The notes below the pieces were generated by a model, which was not told the origin of the DNA, searched no databases, and worked only from the letters and a program-made list of their open reading frames with translations. The position numbers and the translations under genes were made by a program. This document shows positions 27,291 through 39,570 of a stretch of 64,000 nt of DNA, piece after piece. The DNA lies in assembly GCA_038896535.1 (NCBI GenBank), contig JAWACY010000001.1, positions 160,001-224,000 of the forward strand, in the 5' to 3' direction. Source of the stretch: Candidatus Anstonellales archaeon (GTDB taxonomy: Archaea; Micrarchaeota; Micrarchaeia; Anstonellales; J096). Positions within the stretch are counted from its first letter, which is position 1. Each line of letters begins with the position of its first letter.

Positions 27291-28550
27291 ATGGAAAAGC
27301 ATATAAAAAGGCAGATTGATAAAATAAAAGATTTGATAAGGCCAACAGAAGCAGAAAGGAAAAGCATTATAGAAAATTTTAATTATGTAAGAAACAAAGT
27401 AAAAGACATTGGGAATGTTCTATTAATGGGCTCTGTTGCAAAAGACACATTCTTAAGGAATTCAAATGAAATTGATGTCTTTGTTTTCATAGAAAAGAAT
27501 AAAAGTATAAAGACTGCCTTGAATGAATTGAAAGCTGCCTTGAAAAATATGAAAACTGAAATTGCTTATGCACAACATCCATATATAAGGGTTTATAGAG
27601 GTAAAATAAGAATTGATATTGTCCCGGCTTATTATATAATGAAAGGCGAAGAAATTATTTCTCAAGTTGATAGGACAAGGCTGCATTTAGAATATGTAAA
27701 AAATCATATGAGAGAAGAGCAAAAAGATGAAGTTAGATTGTTAAAGCAATTCTTGAAAAACATAAATTGTTATGGAGCAGAGATAAAGATAAGGGGTCTT
27801 TCTGGATATTTTTGCGAATGCCTTATAATAAAGAAGGGCAATTTTGTAAATGCATTGAAATATTTCTCAAATATGGAATTTGACATAAAAGATGGCTTTA
27901 TACATTTCCCTGATCCAGTTGATGAGAGAAGGAATATAGCAGCATCAATAAGTAATGAAAACCTAGCCAAAATTGTTTGCGCTTCGAATGCATTTTTTAG
28001 AAAGGGCAATATAAATGCAATGGATTTCTTTTTTTTCAACCTTGACAGTAAAAAAAGAAAGGCGATAAATAATAATATGAAGAAACATATTTTTTCAATA
28101 GCATTTAACAAGCCAGATGTGGTAGATGATATAAGATATGGTGTATTAAGAAAAACAGCAGAAGTATTGATAAAGCATTTTGAGCAGGAAGGCATAAATG
28201 TCATTAATTATTATATTGATACAGTTGGAAAGCACGATATAATGTCATTTATTGTTGCGAATAAAAATATAAATAGCTTTAAAATTTTAAACGGGCCAAA
28301 CATAATGTTTAAGCAGCATTTCAATGAATTTCTAAAAAAACACAGAAAAGAAAGCAAGGGCCTATTTTTATCATCAAGGGGCATTTTGTTAATGAAAAAA
28401 AGGCAATACAGCGATATAAAAGGCTTATTAAAAAATGCGATATTGCAATTTAACATGAAGTTTTATAAAAATGATTATAAAATAATTAATAAGATACCAA
28501 ATTTTGTTACAAGGGAGCTCGGATTAAGAGATTTGATATTTGGTGATTAA
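27291..28550 (+). CDS. cca: CCA-adding enzyme (archaeal class I)
   Basis: 'GSVAKDTFL...EIDVFV', 'YAQHPY', 'DIVP', 'VDRT.LH', 'VRLLKQFLK...YGAE...GLSGY', 'DPVD..RN.AA'. Confidence 0.95.
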   Translation: MEKHIKRQIDKIKDLIRPTEAERKSIIENFNYVRNKVKDIGNVLLMGSVAKDTFLRNSNEIDVFVFIEKNKSIKTALNELKAALKNMKTEIAYAQHPYIRVYRGKIRIDIVPAYYIMKGEEIISQVDRTRLHLEYVKNHMREEQKDEVRLLKQFLKNINCYGAEIKIRGLSGYFCECLIIKKGNFVNALKYFSNMEFDIKDGFIHFPDPVDERRNIAASISNENLAKIVCASNAFFRKGNINAMDFFFFNLDSKKRKAINNNMKKHIFSIAFNKPDVVDDIRYGVLRKTAEVLIKHFEQEGINVINYYIDTVGKHDIMSFIVANKNINSFKILNGPNIMFKQHFNEFLKKHRKESKGLFLSSRGILLMKKRQYSDIKGLLKNAILQFNMKFYKNDYKIINKIPNFVTRELGLRDLIFGD

Positions 28551-30686
<2,136 letters not shown>

Positions 30687-30773
30687 ATTAAGTAAATTAA
30701 GGTCTTTTATATCAAGATCTCTTTTATGTTAAAGTAATTTAATGTTAAAGTCATTTAATGATTTTTAATGACT

Positions 30774-31211
30774 TCAGTCCTTGTAAATGATAAGCTTTGC
30801 TTTATAACCTTCCTTTTTTATTTCTTTTCCAGCATATTTTTCAGGCATTAGTTCTATGAATTTTATTGTATATTGGCCTATTTTTTTATTATTCTCATTT
30901 TGCATTGTTGATATAGAAATGTAATAACTGCCATTTGATGTTTGGATGCTTAATGATATTATTGCCCTGCCTTGCCATATGCACTGAACATCTTTTGCAC
31001 ATCTTGAATCTTCTATGATATTAAGAAAAGTTATGCTTTTTATGTTTTTATCAACGCTTTCATTCATATAAAGAGTTTCATTAAGGCCTATTATAAATTC
31101 ATCACCTAAATTTATAATTTTTTTATCTGATTTTTCTTTTGTGCAACCAGCAGAAATGAAAAACAGGGCAAGTAAAATAAATGGTAAAATAAAGAGTAAA
31201 AATTTCTTCAT
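30774..31211 (-). CDS. Putative lipoprotein / secreted protein
   Basis: Signal peptide ending 'SAGC'; 'EDSRC..DVQCIWQG' motif. Confidence 0.75.
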   Translation of the reverse strand: MKKFLLFILPFILLALFFISAGCTKEKSDKKIINLGDEFIIGLNETLYMNESVDKNIKSITFLNIIEDSRCAKDVQCIWQGRAIISLSIQTSNGSYYISISTMQNENNKKIGQYTIKFIELMPEKYAGKEIKKEGYKAKLIIYKD

Positions 31212-31276
31212 AAAAAATATTAGTATAAATGTTTAAAAAAACTTAATGTTTAAAAAACTTAAATCATAATTATATT

Positions 31277-31651
31277 ATGATGCTCAAGAAATTTTTTGCA
31301 TTACTTGGTTTTCTTATTGCTATAAGCTTATTAGCCTATGGCTTTTTTGGCCTTGGTTTTGACTTCTTATTAAGGGCGATTGCGATATCAGTCGGTTTTA
31401 GTATAATTTTCCTTATTTTCTACCCAAGGATAAGGGGAGTCAGAAAAGGCGATGAGGTTGTTGTAGTTGCATATAGCTTTATGCCATCATTTTTAGGCAG
31501 AAGGGGAAGAGTTATAAGAATACATAAGAATAATGTTGTAGTTAGATTAGATGAGGATGGTAGGGAGGTAACTGGCATTCTAGAAACATATGAAGAACTC
31601 TTATCACCTCCAAGAGTTAGGTTAATATATGAAGAACAAGCACTGAAATAA
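31277..31651 (+). CDS. Membrane protein with small C-terminal beta-barrel (NfeD-C-like)
   Basis: Two TM helices then 'GVRKGDEVVV...GRVI'. Confidence 0.6.
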   Translation: MMLKKFFALLGFLIAISLLAYGFFGLGFDFLLRAIAISVGFSIIFLIFYPRIRGVRKGDEVVVVAYSFMPSFLGRRGRVIRIHKNNVVVRLDEDGREVTGILETYEELLSPPRVRLIYEEQALK

Positions 31652-31660
31652 GGGAAAACG

Positions 31661-32194
31661 ATGAAATTTTATAAAAAAGAAGTGGAAGATATATTAATAG
31701 CTAGCTTTGTCCTTGCCCTTTCATTTTCAATAGCTACTGGCATGGCAAACTTAAATGGCTTTTTGCTTGTTTCTTTAATAGTCCTGCCATCTTTTCTCTT
31801 ACATGAACTGGCCCATAAATTTGTTGCACAATATTATGGCTATTTAGCAGCTTTTCTTAGATTTGATTTAGGCCTTTTACTTGCTTTGGTTTCAAGCTTA
31901 TTTGGTTTTGTTTTTGCCGCTCCAGGAGCAGTCTTTATTCAAGATGTAAGGAAAAAAGAGCATTTATTAAAAATATCAATAGCAGGGCCTTTAACAAACA
32001 TAGCACTTGCTTTAATAGGGCTTTTTATTATTAAATCGCAATTTGGCCTTGTTTTTGCACATATAAATGCAATGCTGGCATTATTTAATTTAATTCCATT
32101 TGGCCCACTTGATGGTTTTAAAATTTTTTCAATAAATAAAATATTATGGTTTATAACAACTTTGATAGCCCTGATAGTGTTTTTGGCAATATAA
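31661..32194 (+). CDS. Site-2 protease (peptidase M50)
   Basis: 'HELAH', 'AGPLTN', 'FNLIPFGPLDG'. Confidence 0.93.
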   Translation: MKFYKKEVEDILIASFVLALSFSIATGMANLNGFLLVSLIVLPSFLLHELAHKFVAQYYGYLAAFLRFDLGLLLALVSSLFGFVFAAPGAVFIQDVRKKEHLLKISIAGPLTNIALALIGLFIIKSQFGLVFAHINAMLALFNLIPFGPLDGFKIFSINKILWFITTLIALIVFLAI

Positions 32195-32760
32195 AAAATG
32201 ATTCGTTTCTGGCAAAAGGAGCAGAAGCAGTTGTATATAAGGAAATTTGGAATGGCATTTTAACAATAGTCAAAAAACGATTTCCAAAACCTTATAGGCA
32301 ATATGCATTTGATAAAAAAATAAGGGAGCAAAGAACAAAGGCAGAAGCAAATGCTATTGCTAAAGCAGGAATGTATGTAAATGTGCCAAAAATATATGAG
32401 GTAAAGAGCGATACAATAAGAATGGCATTTGTTGAAGGGGAACATGCAAAAATAAATGAAGAGCATGCATTTGCTCTTGGCTCAATGCTGTTCAGTATTC
32501 ATAAAGCGAATATTGTACATAATGACTTCACTGTTGCAAATGTATTAATTAAAGGGAATGAGTTCTATGCAATAGATTTTGGCCTTGCTTTCCATAGCTT
32601 GAGAATTGAGGATAAAGCAAGCGATCTTTATTGTACTTATGCAAGTTTTGGGAAATACGGCAAATATGTTTTAGATGGCTATAATGAAAGAAGCAATAAC
32701 AAAGCAGATGAAATAATATCAAGGTTAGAGCATATAAGGAAGAGAATGAGATATGCTTAA
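32146..32760 (+). CDS. bud32: KEOPS complex kinase Bud32
   Basis: 'KGAEA', 'KKRFPKPYR', 'RT..EA', 'HNDFT..N', 'IDFGL', 'EDKA.DL', C-terminal 'R.RY'. Start uncertain (overlaps the upstream gene). Confidence 0.9.
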   Translation: MVYNNFDSPDSVFGNIKNDSFLAKGAEAVVYKEIWNGILTIVKKRFPKPYRQYAFDKKIREQRTKAEANAIAKAGMYVNVPKIYEVKSDTIRMAFVEGEHAKINEEHAFALGSMLFSIHKANIVHNDFTVANVLIKGNEFYAIDFGLAFHSLRIEDKASDLYCTYASFGKYGKYVLDGYNERSNNKADEIISRLEHIRKRMRYA

Positions 32761-34097
32761 ATTAACTTTCTGCTTTTACCATATTGATATAATTTAAATA
32801 ATGCCCTTACTGCTTGTTCTGGGTATGCAAAAGCAGCAATATTGCTTGCAAGCATTGATTTTCTTATCTGCTCTTCTATATTACCACCGGGCACGCATAT
32901 TGCTATTGGTTTTTTTGCCAATGCTCTTATTTTTTCTATTATGCTATTGTTAATTGTAGGGGGTTGCATCAATATATTTATTGCGACCATATCTATGTTT
33001 TTATCTTCCATCATTGCATTTATTGCTTGCTCATATCTCTCTATGTTTGCATCTGCAACTATATCAAGAGGGTTTGTAATATTAACATAATATGGCATGA
33101 CCTTTCTTAAAGTATTTTTTGTTTCTATGCTTAGCTCTGGCACATTAAGCCCTAGTTTAACAGCTTCATCAGTTGCCATAACTCCAAGCCCACCACCATT
33201 TGTTATTATGCCTATGTTATTGCCTTTTGGTATTTTTTCGCTTATAATAATTTTTGTCATATTAAACATTTCTTCAAAATCATTAACTTCTATGGCCCCA
33301 GTTTTTTTGAATACAGCCCTATAGCTTGTGTAATCTCCTGCCATAGCCCCTGTATGTGTTTTTGCTGCTTCTTTTGCCTTTCCTTCTTTTCCTGTTTTTA
33401 ATACTATAACAGGTTTCTTTTTTGATGCATTCGCCAAGCTTTTTATTAGCCTCTTTCCATCTCTTGTTCCCTCTAAATATAATAGGATTAATTTTACTTC
33501 TTTGTTATCTGCATAAAAATCAAGAAAATCACATTCATTTAGGAAATAGGCATTCCCATATGATATAAAACTATGAATACCAATATTGTTTTTTGCAGCA
33601 AGGCCAAGGATAATGCTACCAACTCCACCGCTTTGGCTTATTATAGCTATTTTTCCCTGTCTTGGCCTCTCTAATTTTGCATAAGGAAAGAATATTGTAT
33701 CAAACATGCTTTTGCTTGAAAATACGCCGAGGCAATTAGGCCCCACTATGCTCAATCCACATCCATGCTTTAATAAGCTTTTTTCTGCTTCCTTATTTCC
33801 TGTTTCTCCAAAGCCACCAGATATTATAATGATATGCTTTGCTTTTTTCTTTATGCTCTTTATTATTTCCCCCACTGTTTCAGATGGCGTTACAATAACA
33901 GCAACATCAACATCAGGCATGTTATTTGTATTATAACATTTAATACCAAACAGCTCATCATATTTTGGATTTACTGGATATATTTTTCCTGAAAATCCGT
34001 TTTGCATGAGATTTAATAATATTGTTGCCCCAAGCTTCTCTGGATTTGAAGAAGCTCCAATAATAGCAACGCTTTTTGGATTTAGCAATAGGTTCAT
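32757..34097 (-). CDS. acdA: Acetate--CoA ligase (ADP-forming) alpha subunit
   Basis: 'PKSVAIIGAS', 'GPNCLG', 'SQSG', phospho-His 'KTHTGAMAG', 'TNGGG.G', 'NPLD'. Confidence 0.93.
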   Translation of the reverse strand: MNLLLNPKSVAIIGASSNPEKLGATILLNLMQNGFSGKIYPVNPKYDELFGIKCYNTNNMPDVDVAVIVTPSETVGEIIKSIKKKAKHIIIISGGFGETGNKEAEKSLLKHGCGLSIVGPNCLGVFSSKSMFDTIFFPYAKLERPRQGKIAIISQSGGVGSIILGLAAKNNIGIHSFISYGNAYFLNECDFLDFYADNKEVKLILLYLEGTRDGKRLIKSLANASKKKPVIVLKTGKEGKAKEAAKTHTGAMAGDYTSYRAVFKKTGAIEVNDFEEMFNMTKIIISEKIPKGNNIGIITNGGGLGVMATDEAVKLGLNVPELSIETKNTLRKVMPYYVNITNPLDIVADANIERYEQAINAMMEDKNIDMVAINILMQPPTINNSIIEKIRALAKKPIAICVPGGNIEEQIRKSMLASNIAAFAYPEQAVRALFKLYQYGKSRKLI

Positions 34098-34684
34098 TTT
34101 ATCAACCTAGCATCTATTATTATGCATTCTTTTTCAAGTTTAAAAGGATTTATGTCCATTTCCTTTATGTTTTTCTCCACAGCAATCTTTGATAATTTAA
34201 CTAAGAAATTTATCAGCGCATCTTTATTGAATGTTTTGCCTCTTTTATTAAGCAGTTTTCCAACTTTTAACTCATTTATCATTTCCTCAGCTTCTTCCTT
34301 ATTTATTGGGCAGAGCCTTGTCTCAATTTCTTTAAAAATTTCTATGTATATGCCACCCAATCCAAAAAGCAATATTGTTCCAAAGCTATCATCATATTTT
34401 ATTCCTGCATAAAGTTCAATTCCTTCCTTTATCTGTTTTTGCACCATAACTTCCCTGCCTTTGAATTTATTTTCAAAATAATGCCATGCAGCACCAAGCA
34501 TTTTATCAGTATATATATCTAATATTACCCCTCCAATATCTGTTTTATGCTCTTCTGATGATAATTTCATAACAACAGGATAGCCAATTTTATTAGCATA
34601 GCCAACAGCATCGTCGAAAGATTTAACTATTTTATAAGGCGAGACATGAAAACCAGCACGTTCTAAAAAAGCCAGAGAGCGCAT
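34094..34684 (-). CDS. acdB: Acetate--CoA ligase (ADP-forming) beta subunit (ATP-grasp)
   Basis: 'IGYPVVMK', 'HKTDIGGV', 'FGLGGIYIE', 'EMDINP', 'DAR'. Confidence 0.92.
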   Translation of the reverse strand: MRSLAFLERAGFHVSPYKIVKSFDDAVGYANKIGYPVVMKLSSEEHKTDIGGVILDIYTDKMLGAAWHYFENKFKGREVMVQKQIKEGIELYAGIKYDDSFGTILLFGLGGIYIEIFKEIETRLCPINKEEAEEMINELKVGKLLNKRGKTFNKDALINFLVKLSKIAVEKNIKEMDINPFKLEKECIIIDARLIK

Positions 34685-34714
34685 AAACCATTAACCTTTT
34701 ATTTTTTTAAATTT

Positions 34715-35389
34715 TTATCCTTGCCCTGCTGCAGATGATTTATTCAATTCCTCTTCAAGTAATTTACTATCACATAAATTTCCTTTTACTTCGAATACTG
34801 AATTATCAAGATTTGTTATTTCACATTTTATATCAACCTGCTGATCTTGTGATGCTGATTGCTGGCTTGAAGATAATGATAGTTTTAAAGAAGTAAATAG
34901 GTCAGAATATGGTTTTATGTTCTCTATTTTATAGAAATAATCGCAGTTCTTTAATTTTTCTGGAAGCTCTTTCATAAGAAGTAAAAATGTATCTCTTGAT
35001 GTGTAAACACTATAAGATGAAGAGTTAATCAATAATAAAAATTTCATTTTAGCAGTAAGAATTTCAGTTGATGTTGCAAATTTTTCCTCGCCGTTATCTT
35101 TGTCATAATTGTAGTACATCATTACATTCATACTTCCACCAAATGAGCCGCTTTTTAAATTTACCTGACATTTTATCATATCTGTTTTATTTAATTCTTC
35201 TTTTTTCATGGCATTTATTTGCTCTAATGTTAAAGATTTTCCAGATGTTTGATTCTTTTGTTCATTTCCTTGTGTTTGTTTTACTTGCTGACTCTGCTTT
35301 TGCTGTTGGGATTGCGTTGTGCAGCCTAGGATAAAAGCAAATAAAAGTAAAAGAGCAAAAACAAAAATAATGTTTTTTCTCATAAGCAA
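34715..35389 (-). CDS. Putative lipoprotein
   Basis: Signal peptide ending 'ILGC' followed by a Gln-rich linker. Confidence 0.75.
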   Translation of the reverse strand: MLMRKNIIFVFALLLLFAFILGCTTQSQQQKQSQQVKQTQGNEQKNQTSGKSLTLEQINAMKKEELNKTDMIKCQVNLKSGSFGGSMNVMMYYNYDKDNGEEKFATSTEILTAKMKFLLLINSSSYSVYTSRDTFLLLMKELPEKLKNCDYFYKIENIKPYSDLFTSLKLSLSSSQQSASQDQQVDIKCEITNLDNSVFEVKGNLCDSKLLEEELNKSSAAGQG

Positions 35390-35462
35390 ATTTCAATATA
35401 AAGGTTTATAAGTATATTGATGCTGCTTTCTTTATATTTGCCAATTTTATGTTCATTTTATA

Positions 35463-35906
35463 TCATTCCTTTATGTAATCTCTATACTTATCTGTTATGA
35501 ATAGCTGCGTTTGTTTTTTATCTTTTTTCTCAATTATGAAGCCCCTTTTAACCAGCTCTTTAATATTATTATAAATGCTTGGCCCAAGCTTCTTTGCAAG
35601 AAAACTTTTTGCTATGCCAGGCCTTTTTTCTATTATTGCAAGCAGCGATAACTCTTTTTTACTCAATTCTCTTGAATGCGTGAGTTTTTTTGCTATGTCC
35701 AAGAAATTATCTTTTATTGTCATAACATAATGATTGCCCCTCCTTATTATTGTTAAAGCAGACCCAGAATTTTGATATTCATTCATTAATTCATTTAATG
35801 CTTGCTCTACATCTTCCCTTTTTGCCTTTGCTCTTTTTGCTATTTCATCAATACTTACTTCATCAGCAGAAAGAAAAAGGATTATTTCTACAATATTTTT
35901 TAACAT
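35463..35906 (-). CDS. scpB: SMC-Scp complex subunit ScpB
   Basis: 'VEIILFLS', 'L...Y....SAL.I', 'ELSKKELSLLAII', 'IKELVKRGFI'; directly follows scpA. Confidence 0.85.
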   Translation of the reverse strand: MLKNIVEIILFLSADEVSIDEIAKRAKAKREDVEQALNELMNEYQNSGSALTIIRRGNHYVMTIKDNFLDIAKKLTHSRELSKKELSLLAIIEKRPGIAKSFLAKKLGPSIYNNIKELVKRGFIIEKKDKKQTQLFITDKYRDYIKE

Positions 35907-35929
35907 AATATCAACCTCAAGCAACTTTG

Positions 35930-36598
35930 TCAACTTTGCTGGCTATTCGTTTCTAAAATGCTTATCTCAATATCAGAAAATGGTTCATGTTGCTCAAATA
36001 AAACTTTCTCTTCATTAGCAAGAAATAATATATATCCAAGATTTTTAACAACTGCATCTGCCTTTTTTTCTGTTATGCTAAAAAATGTTGTTTTCTTTTT
36101 TTCTTTTATTATTCTGTATAGCTCATCCATCTCTTTTTTTATGTCTTCATTATTGAGCTCAAAAAATGTATTTGTTTCATTGCTTATCACATCTTTTTTT
36201 TCTTTTATTTCCTCAATTTTTTTTAGCATTTTATCAATGTAATTAATTATATCATTTATGCTTAAAGGTAATTTTGGCCTGTTTTTTCTTATTATGAATC
36301 TTTCATTCTCTTTTATCTCAATGCTTGGTAGTTGCTCTTCCTGTTTTTCTTCTTCTATATTCAAACGTATAGCTTTCAATTTAAGTAAAACTGCCATTGC
36401 AAGAATAATATTTGATGGCAAATAAAACCCTTTTTCAGAAGCATTTTCAATAGTTTTTTTGAAGTAATCAACAAGCTTTATGATATCAACATTCCATGGA
36501 TCAAGTTCATTTTTCAATACCAGATTTAGCAATACTGCTCTCCAGTTGTCTTCAAGCAGCAATTTTTCCAAATATTCAGGGGAAAACTGGCCTTGCAT
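35930..36598 (-). CDS. scpA: SMC-Scp complex kleisin ScpA
   Basis: 'ELDPWNVDIIKL', 'AVLLKLKA', 'ILFLANE..V..EQ.EPFSDI.I'. Confidence 0.9.
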   Translation of the reverse strand: MQGQFSPEYLEKLLLEDNWRAVLLNLVLKNELDPWNVDIIKLVDYFKKTIENASEKGFYLPSNIILAMAVLLKLKAIRLNIEEEKQEEQLPSIEIKENERFIIRKNRPKLPLSINDIINYIDKMLKKIEEIKEKKDVISNETNTFFELNNEDIKKEMDELYRIIKEKKKTTFFSITEKKADAVVKNLGYILFLANEEKVLFEQHEPFSDIEISILETNSQQS

Positions 36599-36664
36599 AT
36601 AAAAACATATATTGAAGTTCTTTAAAAACTTTGCTTGTTTTGATTTAATTTTTTATATGCTCAA

Positions 36665-36877
36665 TCATTCTATGCTGTGTATATATTCATTTCTCTTATA
36701 TTTTTTTCTTAGCTCTGCTTTTGTCCAGCAGTCTTTGCATATATTTATCTTATAAATTGCTTTGTCATTGATGTGTTTTGATGCCTTTAAGCATTTTATA
36801 CATATTACCCTTGCACAGTAATTGCAGAAATAAAGGTTCCAATGCATTTTGTTGCATCTTTTACATTTTGCGAGCAT
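36665..36877 (-). CDS. Small multi-CxxC zinc-finger protein
   Basis: Four CxxC pairs (CKRC, CNYC, CIKC, CKDC). ATG at 36877 preferred. Confidence 0.75.
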   Translation of the reverse strand: MLAKCKRCNKMHWNLYFCNYCARVICIKCLKASKHINDKAIYKINICKDCWTKAELRKKYKRNEYIHSIE

Positions 36878-36945
36878 AAAATAAAGATTAAACAAAGGTT
36901 TTTTAAAATAAGCGCAATATAGCATAAAAAACAAAAAAGAAAAAT

Positions 36946-37908
36946 TTAATCCTCTATGCCATCTGCTGTTACTTTAAATACCACTTCTCTTTCTGGAAGA
37001 TTTGGTGAATCAACTAATCTGGCTATTCTTTTTTCCTCTTTGCCTTTTCTTAAATAAACTCTATATGTAGCAGCATGAGCCAAGACATGCCCGCCTATTG
37101 GTATTGTTGGATCTCCAAACATTATGCCAGGATTGTCCATAACTTGGTTGGTGAAATAAACAGCAATATTATATTTATCAGCAAGCCTTTGCAATGAATG
37201 AACATGCCTGTTAAGCTTTTGCTGCCTTTCCCCTAAGCTTCCTCTGCCAACATAATCTGCTCTAAAATGACTTGTCAATGAATCAACAATAACAAGCTTT
37301 ATATTCTCCTTTTTTGCAAGGTTTTCTAACTTTTCTGCAAGCAATATTTGGTGATCGCTGTTTTCTGCTTTCATTACATATATGTTTTCTAGCACTTTAT
37401 TTGGGTCTAAATTCTTTGCTTCTGCCATTTGCTTTATTCTTTCTGGTCTAAATGTGCTTTCAGTATCTATAAATGCAACTTTTCCATCAAGCCCGCCCTT
37501 ATCTGTTGGTAGTTGAACATTAACACATAGTTGGAATCCAACTTGGCTTTTACCAGAGCTAAATTTACCAAAGAACTCTGTTAATGCTTGTGTTTCAATT
37601 CCCCCTCCTAAAAGCTCATCAAGCTTTTTTGATCCTGTTGTTATCCTATTTACTGCAACCCTTTTTTCCAATATCTGCAGGCCAGTTTCAAAATTCACCT
37701 CAACAGCTTCTTTTGCTGCGTCTATAATTTTTTTTGCTTGCTCAGGCCTTATATCTATTGCTTCTGCCAATTCATGATAACTCCATGTTGCAAGCTCTTC
37801 AACTTCCGTTATGCCAGCTTGCTTTAGTTTTTCTGCTGTTGCTTCGCCAACTCCTGGCAGATCTTCTATTGACTTTATAACCTTATATTTCTCTTTATCT
37901 TCTGCCAT
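36946..37908 (-). CDS. radA: DNA repair and recombination protein RadA
   Basis: HhH N-domain 'DLPGVG', Walker A 'GKFSSGKSQ', '[11 protein letters not shown]', 'VDSLTSHFR', 'TNQV', 'GGHVLAH'. Confidence 0.97.
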   Translation of the reverse strand: MAEDKEKYKVIKSIEDLPGVGEATAEKLKQAGITEVEELATWSYHELAEAIDIRPEQAKKIIDAAKEAVEVNFETGLQILEKRVAVNRITTGSKKLDELLGGGIETQALTEFFGKFSSGKSQVGFQLCVNVQLPTDKGGLDGKVAFIDTESTFRPERIKQMAEAKNLDPNKVLENIYVMKAENSDHQILLAEKLENLAKKENIKLVIVDSLTSHFRADYVGRGSLGERQQKLNRHVHSLQRLADKYNIAVYFTNQVMDNPGIMFGDPTIPIGGHVLAHAATYRVYLRKGKEEKRIARLVDSPNLPEREVVFKVTADGIED

Positions 37909-37953
37909 TTTTACCACCATTGCATTTTTTATCACTTTATTGGCCCTTTATTA

Positions 37954-38208
37954 CTACTTTGGCGTATTAGGAAAGACTAAAAGCCTCAACTCACCAATTT
38001 TCAGTATATAATAAGACTTGCCATCCTTTGACTCTGCCTTCCACATGGCCCCAACGCTTCTCAATACTTTTTTTCCATATGCATCTGTTTCTGGTTGCAA
38101 AACCCTGTAATCCGGCTTTCTTTTTTCTTTTGCACTTTCTTGCCCCTCAGTTTCTTTTTGCATGTCACTAATTCCAATTTTATTTTCAATTTCTTCATAT
38201 TCATCCAT
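37954..38208 (-). CDS. Small DUF736-like protein
   Basis: 'PDYRV...VGAMW..ESKDGKSYYILKI'; GGGTGA RBS; first gene upstream of radA. Confidence 0.6.
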   Translation of the reverse strand: MDEYEEIENKIGISDMQKETEGQESAKEKRKPDYRVLQPETDAYGKKVLRSVGAMWKAESKDGKSYYILKIGELRLLVFPNTPK

Positions 38209-38218
38209 TTTTTCACCC

Positions 38219-38265
38219 GGCCTTCCCCTAGGCCAATAATATATTGAAGCAACGTTTTTTAAAGC
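38219..38265 (-). promoter_or_regulatory. Putative promoter (TTTAAAAA) and 5'-UTR hairpin of the DUF736-radA unit
   Basis: Minus strand reads AAGCTTTAAAAAA, about 20 nt, then GGCCT-AGGGGA-AGGCC-GGGTGA-AAAAATG. Confidence 0.4.
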
Positions 38266-38339
38266 TTCTTATTATAATATTATAAGCTTATATTAGCTAT
38301 TATATTATATATATTAATAATTATTATCTTATACTTATA

Positions 38340-38585
38340 ATAAAAAACAATAACAAACTAATAAAACTAATAACAATAACAAACATAACAAACGACCCAA
38401 AAATAACAAACGACCCAAACAATCGGCCAATGATCAACCATCAAATGCAACCATCAAAAGGCGAACACTAACCAAGCAGCTAAAACAAAAACAAAAAACA
38501 AGCAAATAAACAAAGCCAAGATTTGTTATAATGGGTATTGTTATACTGACTTTATAATGGCAGTATTGTTATAATAGGTATTAAT
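38340..38585. repeat. Low-complexity intergenic tract with short direct repeats
   Basis: ATAACAAACGACCCAAA x2 (38385, 38403), CAACCATCAAA x2 (38435, 38448), several TAACAAAC copies, then TTATAATGG...GTATTGTTATA x2-3. Confidence 0.7.
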
Positions 38586-38682
38586 TTATGTCATGGCATG
38601 TTCAAATGTGTGCGAAAGCAAAAATGCAAAGATAGAAAAAAGAAGGAAAAGTTTAAATTATCTAATAATCATATATTATTTC

Positions 38683-38994
38683 ATGGCAGAAGAGGTTTTT
38701 TTTATACCTTCAAGTAAATATGCAAAGGCAAAGGCATTATTAGAGCAAAATCCTTATGAAGAACAAAGTTTTTCAAGAGTTGGCTATAAAATCAGAGAAG
38801 CAAAATCAATAGGCTTGAATGCAGATGGATACTTTTTATATATAAAGGCAAGCGACGATTTTATTAAATTTGCAAGAGATAAACTTAAGGAGGTTTTAGG
38901 AAGTATTGATAAAGACATGCTTGAAAAGGCAAAGCAAGAGATAGAAAAAGAAGAGCAAGATGCGATATCTGGATTTGGTTCATTATTTGGATGA
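38683..38994 (+). CDS. Conserved hypothetical protein
   Basis: MAEEVFF start below a TTTAAATT box; ends 'AISGFGSLFG'. ORF track starts at 38593. Confidence 0.7.
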   Translation: MAEEVFFIPSSKYAKAKALLEQNPYEEQSFSRVGYKIREAKSIGLNADGYFLYIKASDDFIKFARDKLKEVLGSIDKDMLEKAKQEIEKEEQDAISGFGSLFG

Positions 38995-38998
38995 GCAC

Positions 38999-39505
38999 AT
39001 GGCAATAAAAAGCAGAGGCATTCCATCAAAAGAGGCTTTCTGGCTGCCAGCATTTTATAGCAATGATATAAGGCAGTTTCAAGATGAAAACGAGAATTTG
39101 ACAAGGAGCATATGGAAGTTAGATGAAATATTGAATTTTATATTCCCAAGAAAATATCAAGAAACTTATTATAATGTTGCTTTAGCATTTATGAATTATC
39201 TTTTCTCTTTTTACGGCCATGTTGAATCAAAGCAGATAGCAGAATTTGTTAAGAACAATAAAATATCAAAAGCAACATTCTACAACAGGGTTTTACCAAG
39301 GTTAAAAAGGCTTGGGCTTATAAGAATAAGGAGAGAAACAGAATTAGGAGCAAATAAAAAGTATAGACGCATGAGGATAGAGATAAGCAAGACATTTGGC
39401 AATTACTTGTTAAAAATTGCGAATAGCTGGCTGGCTCATGTTGATGATATAAAAGAGCAAAGGCAAATGAATGCAAAAAAAGAACAAGCTGATCAGGGCC
39501 TGTAG
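38999..39505 (+). CDS. Winged-helix DNA-binding protein
   Basis: 'ISKATFYNRVLPRLKRLGLIRIRR' recognition helix and wing; ATG at 38999 follows the upstream stop. Confidence 0.65.
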   Translation: MAIKSRGIPSKEAFWLPAFYSNDIRQFQDENENLTRSIWKLDEILNFIFPRKYQETYYNVALAFMNYLFSFYGHVESKQIAEFVKNNKISKATFYNRVLPRLKRLGLIRIRRETELGANKKYRRMRIEISKTFGNYLLKIANSWLAHVDDIKEQRQMNAKKEQADQGL

Positions 39506-39568
39506 TCGAGGGGCTAAGACGCCTCCTTCACACGGAGGAGATCCCAGGTTCAAATCCTGGCAGGCCCA
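39496..39568 (+). tRNA. tRNA-Val(CAC)
   Basis: Acceptor GGGCCTG/CAGGCCC, anticodon arm CCTCC-TT-CAC-AC-GGAGG, T-arm CCAGG-TTCAAAT-CCTGG. Confidence 0.95.
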
Positions 39569-39570
39569 TA

